From Bigelowiella natans CCMP2755 (lineage: Eukaryota; Protista; Cercozoa): a stretch of DNA of 64,000 bases. Below, in pieces: positions 1 through 14,116 of the stretch. The notes under the pieces were generated by a model that was given only the letters and a program-made list of their open reading frames with translations, searched no databases and had not been told where the DNA came from. The stretch covers positions 8,101 through 72,100 of the forward strand of contig ADNK01001385.1 in the NCBI GenBank assembly GCA_000320545.1, written 5' to 3'. Position 1 is the first letter of the stretch; the number at the start of each line of letters is the position of its first letter. A program made the position numbers and the translations under genes.

Positions 1-1236
1 CAGCACCTTTCGTTCATCTGCATTCGTTGTCGTCTTATCCCCCGTGGAATGAGCGCTACTCCTTGCGACTAATGCCTCGTCTCGCGCTAGCTTCCAACTG
101 TCTCCCGACATACCTATTGCAATTTGAGGAGGGGAGGGGAAGGAGAGAGGAGGAATGAAATTCATAAATAATCTTCTCGGCCAGTTTGCGCATTCTCCAT
201 CCTATGCAAGCACCTGTGCTATGTGCCACGTTGTTCGATGACTGTCGGTGCCCGGACCAATTCCTGCTGCTGCTGCTACCGCTATTCTGAGGGGAAGGAT
301 GGACACTCTTGAGCTCCGCCTCGTCCTCTTCTTCAGCAAGATGAGAGGAGATCTCCCCTCCGTGCAGCTTTTCGTACCAGCTACGTTGTGCATAGCCATG
401 TCCACAAATCATCCCAGCAGAGCAATGTTGTCGTCATCAGTCAGTCAGTCAGTCGCATATGCACAGGCTAGATATTGCATATACGCTATATGCTACTAGA
501 GGAAAGCTAGGACAACGAGTAGGGATGTAACATCAGGTGCTTAGGTGAGAAAAACATGCTTTTCTACAACTATTACAACTGTAGCAACGAGGTACACGAT
601 GAGCATTGAGCATCACGATCACCACCATCAGGACCTTTTAGTGCCTTCCGTAGTTTTCGGTTTGCCCCCTTCCCCCCCAGTAAACGTGAACTTTGATCTA
701 GCACTAATGCTGCTCCTACTGCCTGCATTATTGATAATAATATTGGTGATGGTGGTAACGACGGACTGATGATAGTTCATGGAAATCCATCCCTCCCCCC
801 ATTCCTGATCCCATAATTTAAAAACGACGCTCTTTCTCCTCTTTTTCGTATTATCTTGGTAGTGATCGTCGCAAACACCTGAAATGGTTATTGGAGACAT
901 GGTAGGAGAAGGATTGACAGCAACCCTCGTGCTTGCTCTTCTCCCAGCTCCTCCTCCTCCTCCTATGATTGCATCAACACTCTTCGGGATCTGTGAAAAC
1001 GATGCTGACGATGATGTAGGTAGTAGCTCGGGGGTTGGAGGATGAAAGCGTGCACGGACCCACACGTGGTCCTTGGCCTGCATGTATGGAGCACAAAGGA
1101 GTAAATATTATATGGAAGAGAGAAGGGCGGATCAGTCAGTGTGTTTGTGGGTTCTGGCATCAGGATGACCATTACTCCTGTGCTTACTGAGTAGCAATGA
1201 CTACCGCTTTTCTTTTATCCCTTCCTTCCCCCAATC

Positions 1237-1285
<49 letters not shown>

Positions 1286-2116
1286 TGTGTCAAACACACA
1301 CACATACACACACTCAAGCGTCCGTTTATACCTCTGCTATCGTGAACCTTTTCTTCGCGTCAACATGAAGCATGTTTCTAATCAGGTGCCGCACCTAGCA
1401 GCACGGCATAGCAAAGTGAGTATGTGCAGTGGTAGGACGGGGCGAGCGTGCAAACAATAGATCGTGTGATGCTATGATCAGCAGTGTCTTTCTTCACCAG
1501 TAATCGCAGTACCGTCAGATAAAAAAGTAGCATCCTTTCTACTTTGCGGATCAGACAACACAGAATCATACCTCCTTGCTTGCGGGGGCAGGGAGGCGAG
1601 GTGGAAGGCCCCTCTTTATACTAGTGCATAGCTCCCTGACGCTGTGCTCGTAAAAGGGCAGGTATCCGTATACCATCACATACAGCACAACTCCACACGA
1701 CCACACGTCAGCGGGACAGGCATCATACCTTGTCGTTGGTATACCAAGAACACCACACGCAGAAGCAGCAGCATTAAGAGTAAAGTTTCGATTCGTCAGA
1801 TAGCGTTGCATGTGCAAGCCGTCCCCTTACTATGTGCATTTTTGTGTGTTGGTGACTGTTTTCTAGTATTCCGTCGTTATATTTGGTCGTGTTGTTTATT
1901 CGTAACTACCACTTTCCTTCTTGTCCTGCTGCCTTGTTGTTTACTGACCCTTCCCCACCGCCATTGCGCGAAGTAGCAGCCGACGTGTGAGGGAGCAATG
2001 AAGGTTCCGATACTTTGCTCTTTGGGTTGCTATTGGTATCGTCCTCTTTCCTACTTCTACTACCACTAGAAACAGCAGTTGGTAATTTGCTGGGCTTTGG
2101 TGATTGTGATGATGAC

Positions 2117-2149
<33 letters not shown>

Positions 2150-4166
2150 GATGATGAGGAAGAAGCTGCGGCAACTGCTGTAGTATTAGTACCAGTAGTA
2201 GCAGTTTTGGTGGTTGTGGAGGGAGAGGAAGTGGGAAGACGCTTTTCCACATTCTTAGTAATACTAGCAGTAGGAAATTTATTACTGCTACTACTACTCA
2301 TGGTAGCGGTGGTGGTTGTAGTGGTGGGAATGAGAGTGCTATTGTTATCGGTGTCATTGAAATCCTCAGTGCTGTCAGCTCTTTCTATAACAAGCTGTGT
2401 GTCCTCTGAGAGGCCCGCATGCTCCATACACCGGATCACCTGCAGACAGGTATGTAGAGGCACGAGGAAAAGTCGAGGATGGGGGGAGCGGGAGAACAGG
2501 GAAAGGCGGGAGGAAGACGATGAGTTTTCTAGATGATCAAAATGGACCTAGTATTAAAGCTAAATGCGCATGCAAAGGCAATACGTATATTGACGTTTTC
2601 CCCTTTCTTTTTCATCTTCGGAACGAGTCCTTAATAAATCTATCTTTCTCCATTTGATTTGGCCACTCATCTATTTGTACACACCTCTGGTGCGGAGTAA
2701 GCTGGTGTGCCTCTAGCCGTGTTCACCATACACTGGCTACTACCATCAAATGTGCTAAATATGATATTAAATTCAAAATATAAATGCCTTTACACACATC
2801 TGCAAGACACACTGATGCCGCAATCATCGAAACCGAAGTGGTCTCTCTTTGCTATTCCTATTGTTAGAAAATTATTCTCGTCACTAATGATAGGCACTGT
2901 AATGAGAGGGACCTGCTCAGGTTGAAATCAATGAGCTTGATCTTCCTTGAGCGAAAGTCCGTGAATAGGATATTCTCCAATTTGATGTCACGATGGCAGA
3001 CCTAAGACGTGAGTATGACATTGTCTTAAGCCTACACTTCACAACTAGCATTACTGGAAAAGAGACTGCGATCGTAGTGGTAGTTTAGTGTCAACAGCCT
3101 CTCCCCCGCCCCCACTTCTTTCCTATCATGGCGGAAGGAATTCCTTCGATCACCACTAACTACTCTGACGACCTTTAATTGCGTGTGCAGATAGTCTACA
3201 GCTAAGAGCAATTGCAAAAGTATCCGAGATGCCTACCAATACCACATATTACTTGCAAACAAAAACACAAATGGCTTTCGAAAAAGTATCGATAGCGTAA
3301 GTCCTACTACCTCGGGTTCGCCGACGGCTCCGTGTCGCTTCACCTGGGTGAATAAGTCCCCTCCACTTGCGTACTATGTTGAACCAAACAAGCACAAAAA
3401 CATGTTTGAGCATCGAATTATCCACGAAAACGATTCATAAGTCGTGCGATCAAATATACAACCTCGATGACAACATGCACGCAATCGTGAGCCTGGATGA
3501 CCTACGTTGAGTATGATTTTATTCATGCCGAGAAGACAGGAAGAAGAAAGACAAGTGTGGTTATCTGTACACACTTCTTTTGTTACAGTATTGGGACAGA
3601 TCAAGAGTAGTACGCATGATCGTGCACGTGAAATCATCTTAATTGCTGTCTTATTACCTCCTGAAGTTCGATGATGTTTGGGTGCCTTGCACGCCGCAAA
3701 ACTGCAATCTCCCTTTTCATGTTCTCGTTGTCATTTTCCTTCATTCGTTGCTATACATATTAGGAACCAGAGACAGTTTATCACTATTCAAAGAACGGAC
3801 AATATTCATGGGCAACAGTTGCATCATCGTTCTCCTTGTGAGTGCTGGTTATCACCATGATGAAGGTCTTGACGGCAACTTTCATGTTACCATTCGGTGT
3901 CGAGCACATTCGCACACATCCAAAACCGCCAAATGCAATGAGCCGATCGACCTTTAACAATGCGTATGCTACTTATTTTCGATGCAAACATATATAGTTG
4001 AATTGATGATAGGTGACCTTATACTTTCCGATAGTATTGTCACTACTCAATGATTCTGTTAAGATATTAAGACAGTTAACCCCACTTCTTTTGTAGCCAG
4101 GTAATAATCCAAACAAGAGTAACCTTTCCATTTTTTGGCAACATCATCGATATATTTCTTTTCCAT
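1..4166 (-). CDS. Ser/Thr protein kinase, CAMK group (SNF1/MARK-like), multi-exon; 3' end uncertain and may run off the window
   Basis: Hand-spliced motifs: IAFGGFG..KVAVK (~3870-3950), REIAVLRRARHPNIIELQE (~3660-3720), YASGGDLF, HRDIKLENIL..KLIDFNLS (~2915-3000), GTPAYSAPE (~2685-2712), ADVWSCGVVLYVMVYGYLPF (~1650-1715). ATG at 4166. Confidence 0.85.
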
Positions 4167-4969
4167 GGCTGGCCCCGTTCTCAACTGGGTATCCGAATAC
4201 AATTCGGAAGCTTCACTGTTTTCCGGTCAAAAGGCCTTGGTTGTGCGATGAAGTGAGTTGTTAAAGTAAGCTATACTTCCTTCCCAAGTAGCTTACATTC
4301 AAATCTCCCCCCATTTGCAGTTTAGAAACATTTCTCAGAGGTTCCTATCCTCCTTCCGAGCGAGCAGCCTGGGGCAGCTAAGTTTGGCCTTCTTTCCAAG
4401 CTCCTTTTCGATTTTAGACGGCGTCGTCCTTGAAAGCTTGTCGCAGTGCAAAAACAGGCCCTGCTTCAACATCCAGTCGAAAGGGGTATGTCTCGAGTGG
4501 GATATGATCGAAGTCCGTCGGAGTTCCCCGGGCATTCGAACCGAATCCCGAGGGGGAAAAGAGGGACGGCGAGCAATGGCAAAATTTAGTAATCACAGGG
4601 AAGTTTTTTAGCGAAAAACAGCAAACAACATCCAAGAAGTTGTACTTTTCATTGTAAATGAACGAATGCGAGCAAGCGGCTAGGATGACATCGGATGTTG
4701 AGTCACTATCAAGCGGAAGGCGTATAATGGCGAATTTCTGCGACAAAGGCAGTGACGTAGGTCAGAGTTCGCAAGAATTTCGCAGATATATCCTCGAGAG
4801 CATCAGACCCACATGCCACGTTGCGTTGCGGGATGATCCTGAAAACCGAACGTTCCACTCTTAACACCAAGGACTCGCTAGGCCTCACTCCATTGCGATT
4901 CGCAGTACCATTGAAATCCATCTACACAAGCCCAATTCATATTTTGCGGTCAGAATAAAGCATTTACCC

Positions 4970-5060
4970 ACTGAAGACAAGACTCGGTTCAAACAGAATT
5001 TCCGCACTTCCGGATGGGCCCATCTCCAGACCTGGGAGAAAGAAACGCAATGTGGTCAAC
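4970..5060 (+). repeat. ~90-bp dispersed repeat, inverted relative to copies at 14768-14860 and 15140-15232
   Basis: ACTCGGTTCAAACAGAATTTCC..TTCCGGATGGGCCCA.CTCCAG.CCTGGGAGAA is shared with the reverse complement of the 14.8/15.2 kb repeats. Confidence 0.85.
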
Positions 5061-5072
5061 GAAGGAATAAAA

Positions 5073-5120
<48 letters not shown>

Positions 5121-6165
5121 TCGAAACAGTGGACGCCAACGATGCTACATGTACACCGTCTGCTAGCTACACTTTTGTTTAGCATGTGTTGCAAGCTGTG
5201 CTGCACAAAATGCACGTAGATGGACACGGATGCATGCTAGCTTTAGAATATAAGAGCAAGCCATGTGTGTATGCGCCTATAGCTTGTGTGCCATTATCAC
5301 ATCACACAATATACAAGTGTATGTACATAGCGCACACACGCCATCCACATGTGACATGCTAGCTAGCTAGGTGCAATTAGCTATGTGTCGTGTCGTGCCG
5401 TGCCGTGTCGTGTTATAGTGGCGTGTCGTTGTGCGTTTACAATATGCGCCATTACCGTGTCAATCGCTGCGATGCAAATGCACGCACGCACGTTGCATGC
5501 ATGCATGTAGCCCGATATTGCGGGCACATGCACAATTGATGTAATCACGACTTCATGTACGTACGTCTGTGAGCTATGGTACGTTATACGTACCCGATAG
5601 TTGACACAGCGGTACATTGATTCAACGCAGCGCAAGTGTTGGTATGACTGGTCAAAAGACATGCAATACAAAGCTACATGCTGTCCACTGTACACGTCTG
5701 CCCAGGATCATCATTAAATGTTGTGTGGCATAGCTGATAACAGCGTCTACTGCATGTCTATAACAGCGACGACTCAGGCGCGCTCGCAGCTCAGTTTTGG
5801 GAACCGATCGATTCTGTGCCATTTGTTGTATCTTCCACGCCGCACATCTCTACAGATCCGCATATCTTTTCGCAATCAGCACACACAAATGGTGCTCGAT
5901 GAATTGATTCATTCAAATGGAATGCTCAGGACGTGTCGGAACGTGTGGAAACTTGTTTGTATAATGTTGACAATGGAGAAAACACACAATTCCATGCAGT
6001 GCATTGCAGGCACAACTCACACCGTGTCTGTGGTCAGGGATGGGATCACAACAAAACTGCCTAGACGGCTCTCAACTCGGAGGCTCATTATAGCATTGTT
6101 CTGGTATATTATCATGCTCATCGGCCATCTGACGGGAGCTACAGTTGCGACTATCTCTCGGCCGT

Positions 6166-6750
6166 TCATGAGAACAAGCCGAGAAGCTCTTCCAGGATCC
6201 CCTTCGGTGCTTGCCGCCCTGTGAGAAAGATGGATCGTGATGAGGGTGATTGACACTGTTGTTGCCAATGGTGACAGCGACGAAATATTATAGAGTGCTT
6301 CAGTGCTTTGAGAAGGAGGAGAGAGATTAGATGAAGAAAGGGAGGAAGAGGAAAAGAAGCGGGTGGAAGTTGAAAGAGAGTGACGTATCGAGCCTACTCT
6401 AGCTACGCACCGAAGTAAATCTGGGCAATTCTGTGCAGATATTTATCGTACGCTGGATCCTGCAGAAGCGATATCTCGTACTTGTCGCTATTGTGTGCCA
6501 AAAAGAGCAAAGAATTAGATATAGTATTAGCAGACGAGTCGTGTGCATCCTCTTTTCTCTCCCATTTTGTGATTCCTCCCACCCCCCTCACTTACCACAA
6601 CATGTCGAATAGTGATAATGCTCTTCTTTCTATGCTGGTCAGTACTGTGAAGTAGAGGAACATGATCCAGTTAGAATAAGCAAAGGTTTGCGAGACATCG
6701 AAGAAAAACGAGCAAAGAACAGCAGATGCAAGTGCATGAGCGTGTACACA

Positions 6751-6796
<46 letters not shown>

Positions 6797-6989
6797 TGCA
6801 TGCGCGCGCGCGTATTGTGCATGTGCACCCGCTCGTTATTTTTTACGAAAATTTTTGAGCCAAAAATGGCAACTCATGTTTGAGAAACGGAGTTGAGACG
6901 ACGATACGCTCTCTTCTCAGGACGCATTTTCGTAAAAACACCATCTCGTCATTGACAGCAGCACAAATAGCAAACAGCGACACAATTAT

Positions 6990-7035
<46 letters not shown>

Positions 7036-7835
7036 TTGTAATTACAAAATCCAAGAAAGTTTATGAGTGGGGGCCGCACAGCCGCCTCAGCCTCAAATAA
7101 ATCCTGCCGATTATCTGTCCTAAGAAAGTCTTGTAATGACGTGGTAGTGGTGGTGGAGGAGGAGGGAGAGGATGGAGAGGCCGTGGTGTGGTGGTGATTG
7201 GAAGAATTCTCGTCGTCTTCTTCGTCGCATCGAGCAGCCTCCTTCCTCGCTTTGGTGATTTGGTCTTTATACGGCTGTATCTCGTCGAGAAACTTGACAC
7301 AAGACTGGCGAGGAAAGGATGGGAGGAGGTACAACCGATGGAGGAACAATCAACTTTAATGTCATGATATGATTGAGAAAGGACATTGACGAAAAGCCCA
7401 AGACAACGGGAGATCAAGCCATCCTACCCCCCTCTTTGAATTCCCATCTCCCGTTCTAACAACGGCCTCTTCTTCTCCTACCGCAACCATCCTACATCAA
7501 CCCCCCCCCCCTATATCATTCGTCCTTAATCATCATCATCATCATCATCATCACTGCAGCATGATTCCCATCTATCGCCATGCATGCACGATTGCTGGCT
7601 GCTACACCGCACCGAATAAAACGCCGAAGCATTTTTAAGATTTCCCTTGATGCAAAGATACTCCAGGACCCCACGTGCCACGAAAAGTTCTCTGAGGATA
7701 GGAGAGCGATGGACGAGGAGGAGGAGGAGGAGGAGGAGGCAGATAAATTAAACATATCTGTTGTGACATTCAAATTCAGATGCGTTGTACGACTACTTTA
7801 CATTACGATAATAAATTACTACTGCTACTTCCACA

Positions 7836-7881
<46 letters not shown>

Positions 7882-9841
7882 ATTACATTTCTTCAGGGTA
7901 GGTGCCCTCTTTGGCCCAATTCATGACGCATCTAAAGTGATAATAGTAATGATTGTAGTAGCAGTAGGTGAGTGGAGCACTAGTTAGAAGCAGCACCAAA
8001 ACTAATCCATTCAGGAAAAAGCGACTAATAGAGAGAGAGAGGGGGGGGGGAGGGAAGGCAAGATCATCATAAATTATAACTTATCCATCATAGCATGCTT
8101 TCTTGCGAATTGTTTGACAGTGCCACGACCTGGCATGATCCTGTGGTCTCGCTCCTCTCACGTAGTGTTTGTGTGCTTCAGCGTACAGGCAGTGTTGGTC
8201 GTAAAAGCGTGCGAGCTGCGTGTGTAGTCGTTGGTCTCCATGCGGATTTGACCCTTAGGATAAGGGGCAGGAGAAAGGACAGGGAGATGGAGAAAATCGA
8301 GATAAGAGGGTAGGCGGGGGTGGGGAGAGATATGCAACGAAACTAAAGCGTTTTGCTTATTTATCGAAGCTATGCAGTCCTCATCATTGATTGACTCTCA
8401 AGACGGACGAAGATCAGCTTGTTGCAAATGAAATTAACTGGCTTCTGTACCGCATTTCGAGGTCCATTGGATTGCTAATTTCATCATCTCGACCCTGGAA
8501 CACGGGGGCAGAGGGGAGGGGAAAATGAGGATCCACATATCCATTGTTATGTTAGTGATGTGACCATCATTGTACACGTAGTGTAAACAAGATGCTAATT
8601 CTAATAACCCCCCTCAACGCTTGTACTCCTCGTTGATTCATTCGCATCTTCTACTACGACGTCGACTCTACACGCAGATGCGACGAACAACCTTGGTTTA
8701 ACATCTGCCTTGCCGAACATATCAAAGAGGCTCTGGATTCGCACTGATTATTGAAATTCAAGAAAATTGGAATGAATGGAAAGAGAACCAGTCGCATTTA
8801 AGATTTAAAGATAGATCTTCCTTGCAAAGTGTGAAGGCACCTATGTCCTTGGCGAGGGGTGTGATCTTGTGGTCGATACCCTCTTGGATGTACGTGCATG
8901 CCAAGGACCCCCCTTCATTGCCCTGAGAGAGAATTGGAGAATCAATCTCAGAGAAGATAAGATTCCAACACACGCATTCAAGCTTGCGCTCCCACACCTG
9001 GCCAGCTTTGAGTAAGTCTCTCGCTCCGTTAAAGAGACCAGATAGGCCTTCAGTTCTGCAAAAAAAACAATTGAGGGATTGTCAGTGCAAACGCCGGGGC
9101 CCCATTCTCTGAAAAATACTCAAACCAGGTTCAGATATTATCATCATCATATCATCACCATCATCATCATCATCATCATCGTCGTCACCGCCACGGACAC
9201 ATTCTTACATGTCAGAACTCTTCAGCCTATGATACTGAGAGAGGATAAGCTGTATATTGTCAGAGTAAAAAGTACGAAAAAAGAATGATTATTCGTTTTT
9301 TCCTACGAGAAGACTACGAATCCCGTGAGACTGTGAATTTGATACTGAGATTACGCATGTACGGCCGATCCCTTAGTCTCATCCACTACTCTACTCAGGT
9401 GTGCATGAATTGCGCCTGTTATTATTTTCAGGAAACTGAGGTTACTTGGTTCGCGAGGTAAAAGTCCTCGTTCTGAATGGCGATCTCGATCTTCCTCTTC
9501 AGTTTTGCCGATGCATCCTTGCCACCCCTTCTTCGCCTTCGCCGGGTCACCGAACTTTTTCCCTCTTCCAATCCAGAAACTATCATCATCACAAATACAA
9601 CATTATAATTGATCTATTGCTGATAATGACGAAGGGAGTAAAATAAATCATAGAGGGGGGGGCTGCGAATCATATTCACTTAGGCGCAATCCGCCATTCA
9701 AACAACACAATCACACCACCCAATAGAAAATCAAAATGGAACGTCCTAAAATCACACACGCAAACAGTAAAACGCCATGCTAGTATCGGGACCATCGCAC
9801 CCTCCCCTTTCGCTGTGACTACCTTTCGCTCCGTGCGACAT
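6166..9841 (-). CDS. GET4: Golgi-to-ER traffic protein 4 (GET4/TRC35) homologue, multi-exon
   Basis: Exons give KLKRKIEIAIQNEDFYLANQ, LFNGARDLLKAGQ, PPLINFLGF and YEISLLQDPAYDKYLHRIAQIYFG-RQAPKGILEELLGLFS*, matching conserved GET4 segments. Phases are consistent at the first and last junctions checked. Confidence 0.85.
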
Positions 9842-10436
9842 AGTTCCCCAGGCTGGGGGGGAGGCCAGACGAAGCAAGGATTCTAGGAGGAGTTAGATGT
9901 GCCACTCGTACATGTATTACGAGTACAACGAAGGCCGTTTATCATAAAAACGGAATAATACCGGGATACTTTATAAAATATTTTTCCTTATTCTATTATT
10001 AAGAATGCGATCTTTTCCTGATAGACGACAGCGAAGAACATTTATCGTCATGAAGTCAAAGCCGAACGCGAACGACAGTTGAAAGGCCGAACAAATGTCG
10101 AGATTCCGAAGTGAAAATATCCACCTGCGACATGGATATCATCTAAAGAATAGCATAAGACAGCCTATCTTTCTTTTCTTTTAATGAAATGACCGGCACT
10201 AACGCATCGAAAATGCGAGACCGTAACCGAGTAACTCATCTCTGCCTGTAGACAGATCAGAAAGAAGATTATGGAAGTGAAATCCTCATCGAGGTGAACA
10301 ACGAAAGAGGGTGCAGGCCAACAGCCAGGAGGGAACCGTGGCTATGATCCTACAGGGGGGGGAAATGAGAGAGGGGGGCATCATGCTTCGATTGCGACGA
10401 CTGATTTATGCATTTGGTTTCTCTTTAGGCACTAAG

Positions 10437-12094
10437 ATGATCAACTTCCACCGAATCAACGCCGGGGCGCTTTTTCCGGCGCTTTTCCTCCTCATCACGA
10501 ACCTCTGCGGGATTTATGGAACTTCGTCCAAGCAAGATTTTCTTACCCTCGCTATTGCACGAGTCGACCCCATCGTAGGGCCGCTCGATGGTTACAGCAG
10601 TCACATGCATACGTTCTTCGGCGCAAACTTCACCTCGTACAACGTGACTCTGCAAGACCTTCTCAGCGCGAAAGGCAACACTGGAAACGTGCTGGAGAAT
10701 AAAAGTCTATACTGGTACCCCACCATCTATCACTTCAACCTGGAGACGAGACTGTTCGAGATTGCAGAAATCTGGTTTCACTCGGCGTATTATGCTTGGG
10801 TTACTAACGAAACGAGAGCTTTCCCCGAAGGGTTCAGGGTATCACCATCATGATTAATATATGATCATTATATGCGTGTGGGACGAATGATATTATTTTA
10901 AGCATTTATGCCTACATCTGAGCTGGAACGATGCACATACTTTTGCTGTTTTCGCTGTCTGTTGGACTCCGCCCTTTCGTCCAAAGATGATATCAGGTGG
11001 AGATCCTGATATATATGGCGAGCAGGACTTTAACACCGGATGCACAGATCCTGGCCCATGTCCTGGAAATGACTGCAGTACGTTTGGAGACTACAGCACA
11101 TTTTTCCCGAAAACATCGTGCAAGGAGCTGCAGCTATTCCTCAAGATGCCTGAATGCTGGGACGGTGAGTGAAGGAGAGTATGCACATGCTTGCTTATGT
11201 CGTGTTCGTTCGAGTGTTTCCGATCTTGTAAGAAACCCTAAAGGTGGGGGCGGTGCAAACGTGCTCGAAACACGCTCTTCCCACTTGGTTGTGCAGTCCC
11301 TTTTTTTGTTTTTTTGAAATTAAATCTGTTCCTCGTCCTTTTTTACTGCTGTCCACTTGCCGCGCAGGAGTAAACCTGGATAGCGCTGACCATCGCAGCC
11401 ACGTGGCGCACGCGCAGCCCATTGGTTTAACAAACGGCACATGTCCCACTACTCATCCTGTGAAGCTCCCAACCATTCGAGTCTTCACGAGGATTTACAA
11501 CTACAAGGGCGGCTACCATATCTTCTCCGACGGCACGCAGTTCATGCATGCGGATTATATTAGCGGTTGGAACGAAACGTTTCTGCAGGCTGTACTTAAC
11601 AGCTGCTCAAACCCCTCAATGGATGCCGATCCAGACGCCTTCTGCGGGCCGCCCCTCACCTTCACTGATATCCCAGCGGGGGTGAGTAGAGATTGAAGAA
11701 TGTTTGACGTTGTATGGAAGCACCTTTGCATTTTAGAAAGGGGGGCGGGGGGGGCGGAGGGATATGGCTAGGGGAGAAATCGGTGTACTCTTAGTCGTTT
11801 TCCATCATGCCAGCCCCACGTTCACTTTAATAATCTCCCCTCATTGTTTCGCTCCTTTCCAACCGCAGACAACGGTCAAGGAATCCGCAGGGGTCGACGA
11901 GGACATCGTCTTAGCGCTTCAAGCTGTTCAACCGCCAAGCTTTGATACGAGCTCATTTGCGACAGAGCAAACAAATAATCTCCTGCGTCTACAGGGGAAC
12001 CCGACTATGTACCTCGCCTCTCAGCTGTCATCCTATTTGCAATCTCTAACCGGTACCAGGTAAGCAGCAGGCTCAAATCTTGCTTCCAACACAC

Positions 12095-12140
<46 letters not shown>

Positions 12141-12163
12141 AGTTTAATGCATGTATATATGAA

Positions 12164-12233
<70 letters not shown>

Positions 12234-12649
12234 TGTACGGTCGAATTAAATGCGTCGATAGAGACTTTCATTTGCTCGTAACGATTTCTCTTCTCTTATT
12301 TCTCTTTCTTCTCTTGATCCTCCTCCTCCTCCTCCTCCTCCTCCTCCTCCTCCTCGTTAAGTTCTCCGACAACTGCTCCTACCATTCAATATAAAGTTTT
12401 GTTCACAATTCCTTCTGTGGACATCTCTGAGGTAATGATGGCGCCTTGGCTGTCTCGACCGGAGCATTTCTCCCCTGTGTTTCTCTCCTTTCTATTTCGT
12501 TGGCTGCACCTCACTTGCTGCGCTCATGCTCACCAGGTCGACGCGACGTTCATCTCGACAATGAAGGATAATCTCGCTAGCCTTCTCAACGTGGCGGCCT
12601 CCATTATCAACCTCACGTACTTCTACTATTATGAGAAATACAAATAAAT

Positions 12650-12695
<46 letters not shown>

Positions 12696-12824
12696 CCATC
12701 AATACTCATCCTTCCTCCTGCTCCGCAAAATCGAAAACGATTATCGATGACGCCCTTCATCACGGCAAAGAAATTGAAATGTATTTGCATAATACACAAA
12801 CTCAGTTGAATCTCCTTTCCCTGC

Positions 12825-12871
<47 letters not shown>

Positions 12872-13206
12872 CCCCTCTTCTCTTCCGCTACCACAGTTTT
12901 GCCGCTGGATCTGTTGTTGCTACTGTAACGTTCACGTCATCGTCTGCCTCTGGCCAAACGCCGCAAGCCCTTGCCCAGAGTCTCAACTCGCAGGACTCCG
13001 CAGCTGTAATTGCATGCACCTTCGTTCATGATTCCAAAACGTCTAATTGCAGTGTGGAATGAAACTAAAAATGACGACGAAACAAACATTCGATAACTCT
13101 CGTTCGCGGTTCTCTCCGCTTTCTCAAAACCCTTTCTCACAAATAGTAGCTAGCTAATTTCAAAATTCATATCTAAGCGTACGAGGGAAGTGTTTTTGCA
13201 TTGGAG

Positions 13207-13245
<39 letters not shown>

Positions 13246-14116
13246 GCACGCAATGGCCGGCACGCTTCACCCATTCTTGGATGCTGGCTGATGTCCCCCA
13301 CGCCTGTCTTATTATACAACAAAATCATAACTTCAGATATCGACACAAATTGGCTATACGGTGACTGGCGTAACGTCGAATGCGGTCTCTCCTACCCCTC
13401 AATCCTCAGACGGCGGTTCTGATAGTGGCGGAGGCGGAGATGAAACCAGTGAGGAGAGAGGGAGGGGGGCAGGATGGGAAGTAGCGGCATTCGATGATGG
13501 ATGGTGTTGAATGATGATGGGTGGTGTTATCTTTGACCCGTGCTCCTTCAAAATACATTTGATCATTTGCATGCTTGGATTTGCGCCGCTATATTGCAGC
13601 AAGCAATAACCAATTTTGCTGCCGCCTATTGTCACCGAAATCAGTCCCTTATTTTCTCGCCACCCCCCCCCCCTTATAGTTCCCATTATTGCCGCTGTCG
13701 TCGGAGTTGTGGTGGCTATTGCTGTCGGGGGATTTATCTATTATCGCTGCCACCAAGAAAGCGTTGTGAGTCCTGTGTACCAGAAGGTTGGTAGACATAT
13801 ATCACCCTCCTCGTCTTTTGCTGCTTCTTTTCCTTGTGTTGTCAAACTTGAAAATAACAGTATACTTGCGCTACTCGCCGCCCTCCTGGCCGGCACCTCT
13901 CTCTTTTTCCACCATTATGTCCCAGCGATTAGAAATACAACCAAAAACACGATCGCATCGTCTGTTTGTTCTCCTACACTCCTCCCTCAGGATCCAGTCC
14001 CCAGCAACCAGGTGTCAGAGGTCACCCCTGCGCATGAAAGCGACTCTGGTGTGGTCGGGTTTGAGCTGTCTAGTCCCGTGCCTTCGCGCCGGAACCCGAA
14101 ATCAGGGGTTGTTTAG
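10437..14116 (+). CDS. DUF1996-domain protein with signal peptide and C-terminal transmembrane helix, multi-exon
   Basis: RVDPIV..SSHMHTFFG, ENKSLYWYP, AFPEGFRMISG, MPECWDG, NLDSADHRSHVA, CPTTHPVKLP, HADYISGWNE. Hydrophobic N-terminus; TM segment IIAAVVGVVVAIAVGGFIYY near 13685-13745. Confidence 0.8.
12099..12355. repeat. Compound intronic microsatellites (TA)n, (TG)n, (CCT)n; representative of many in the window
   Basis: Seen directly; similar tracts at ~1245, 5075, 6755, 12655, 16980, 21040, 21580, 48050, 52727, 55650 and 57265. Confidence 0.95.

Noticed and set aside
2015-2536. Plus-strand hydrophobic 173-aa ORF
   Set aside because: Antisense shadow of the kinase S/T-rich exon.
4170-4960. 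Gene between the kinase and the 4970 repeat
   Set aside because: Short ORFs on both strands, no motif, and no consistent splice model.
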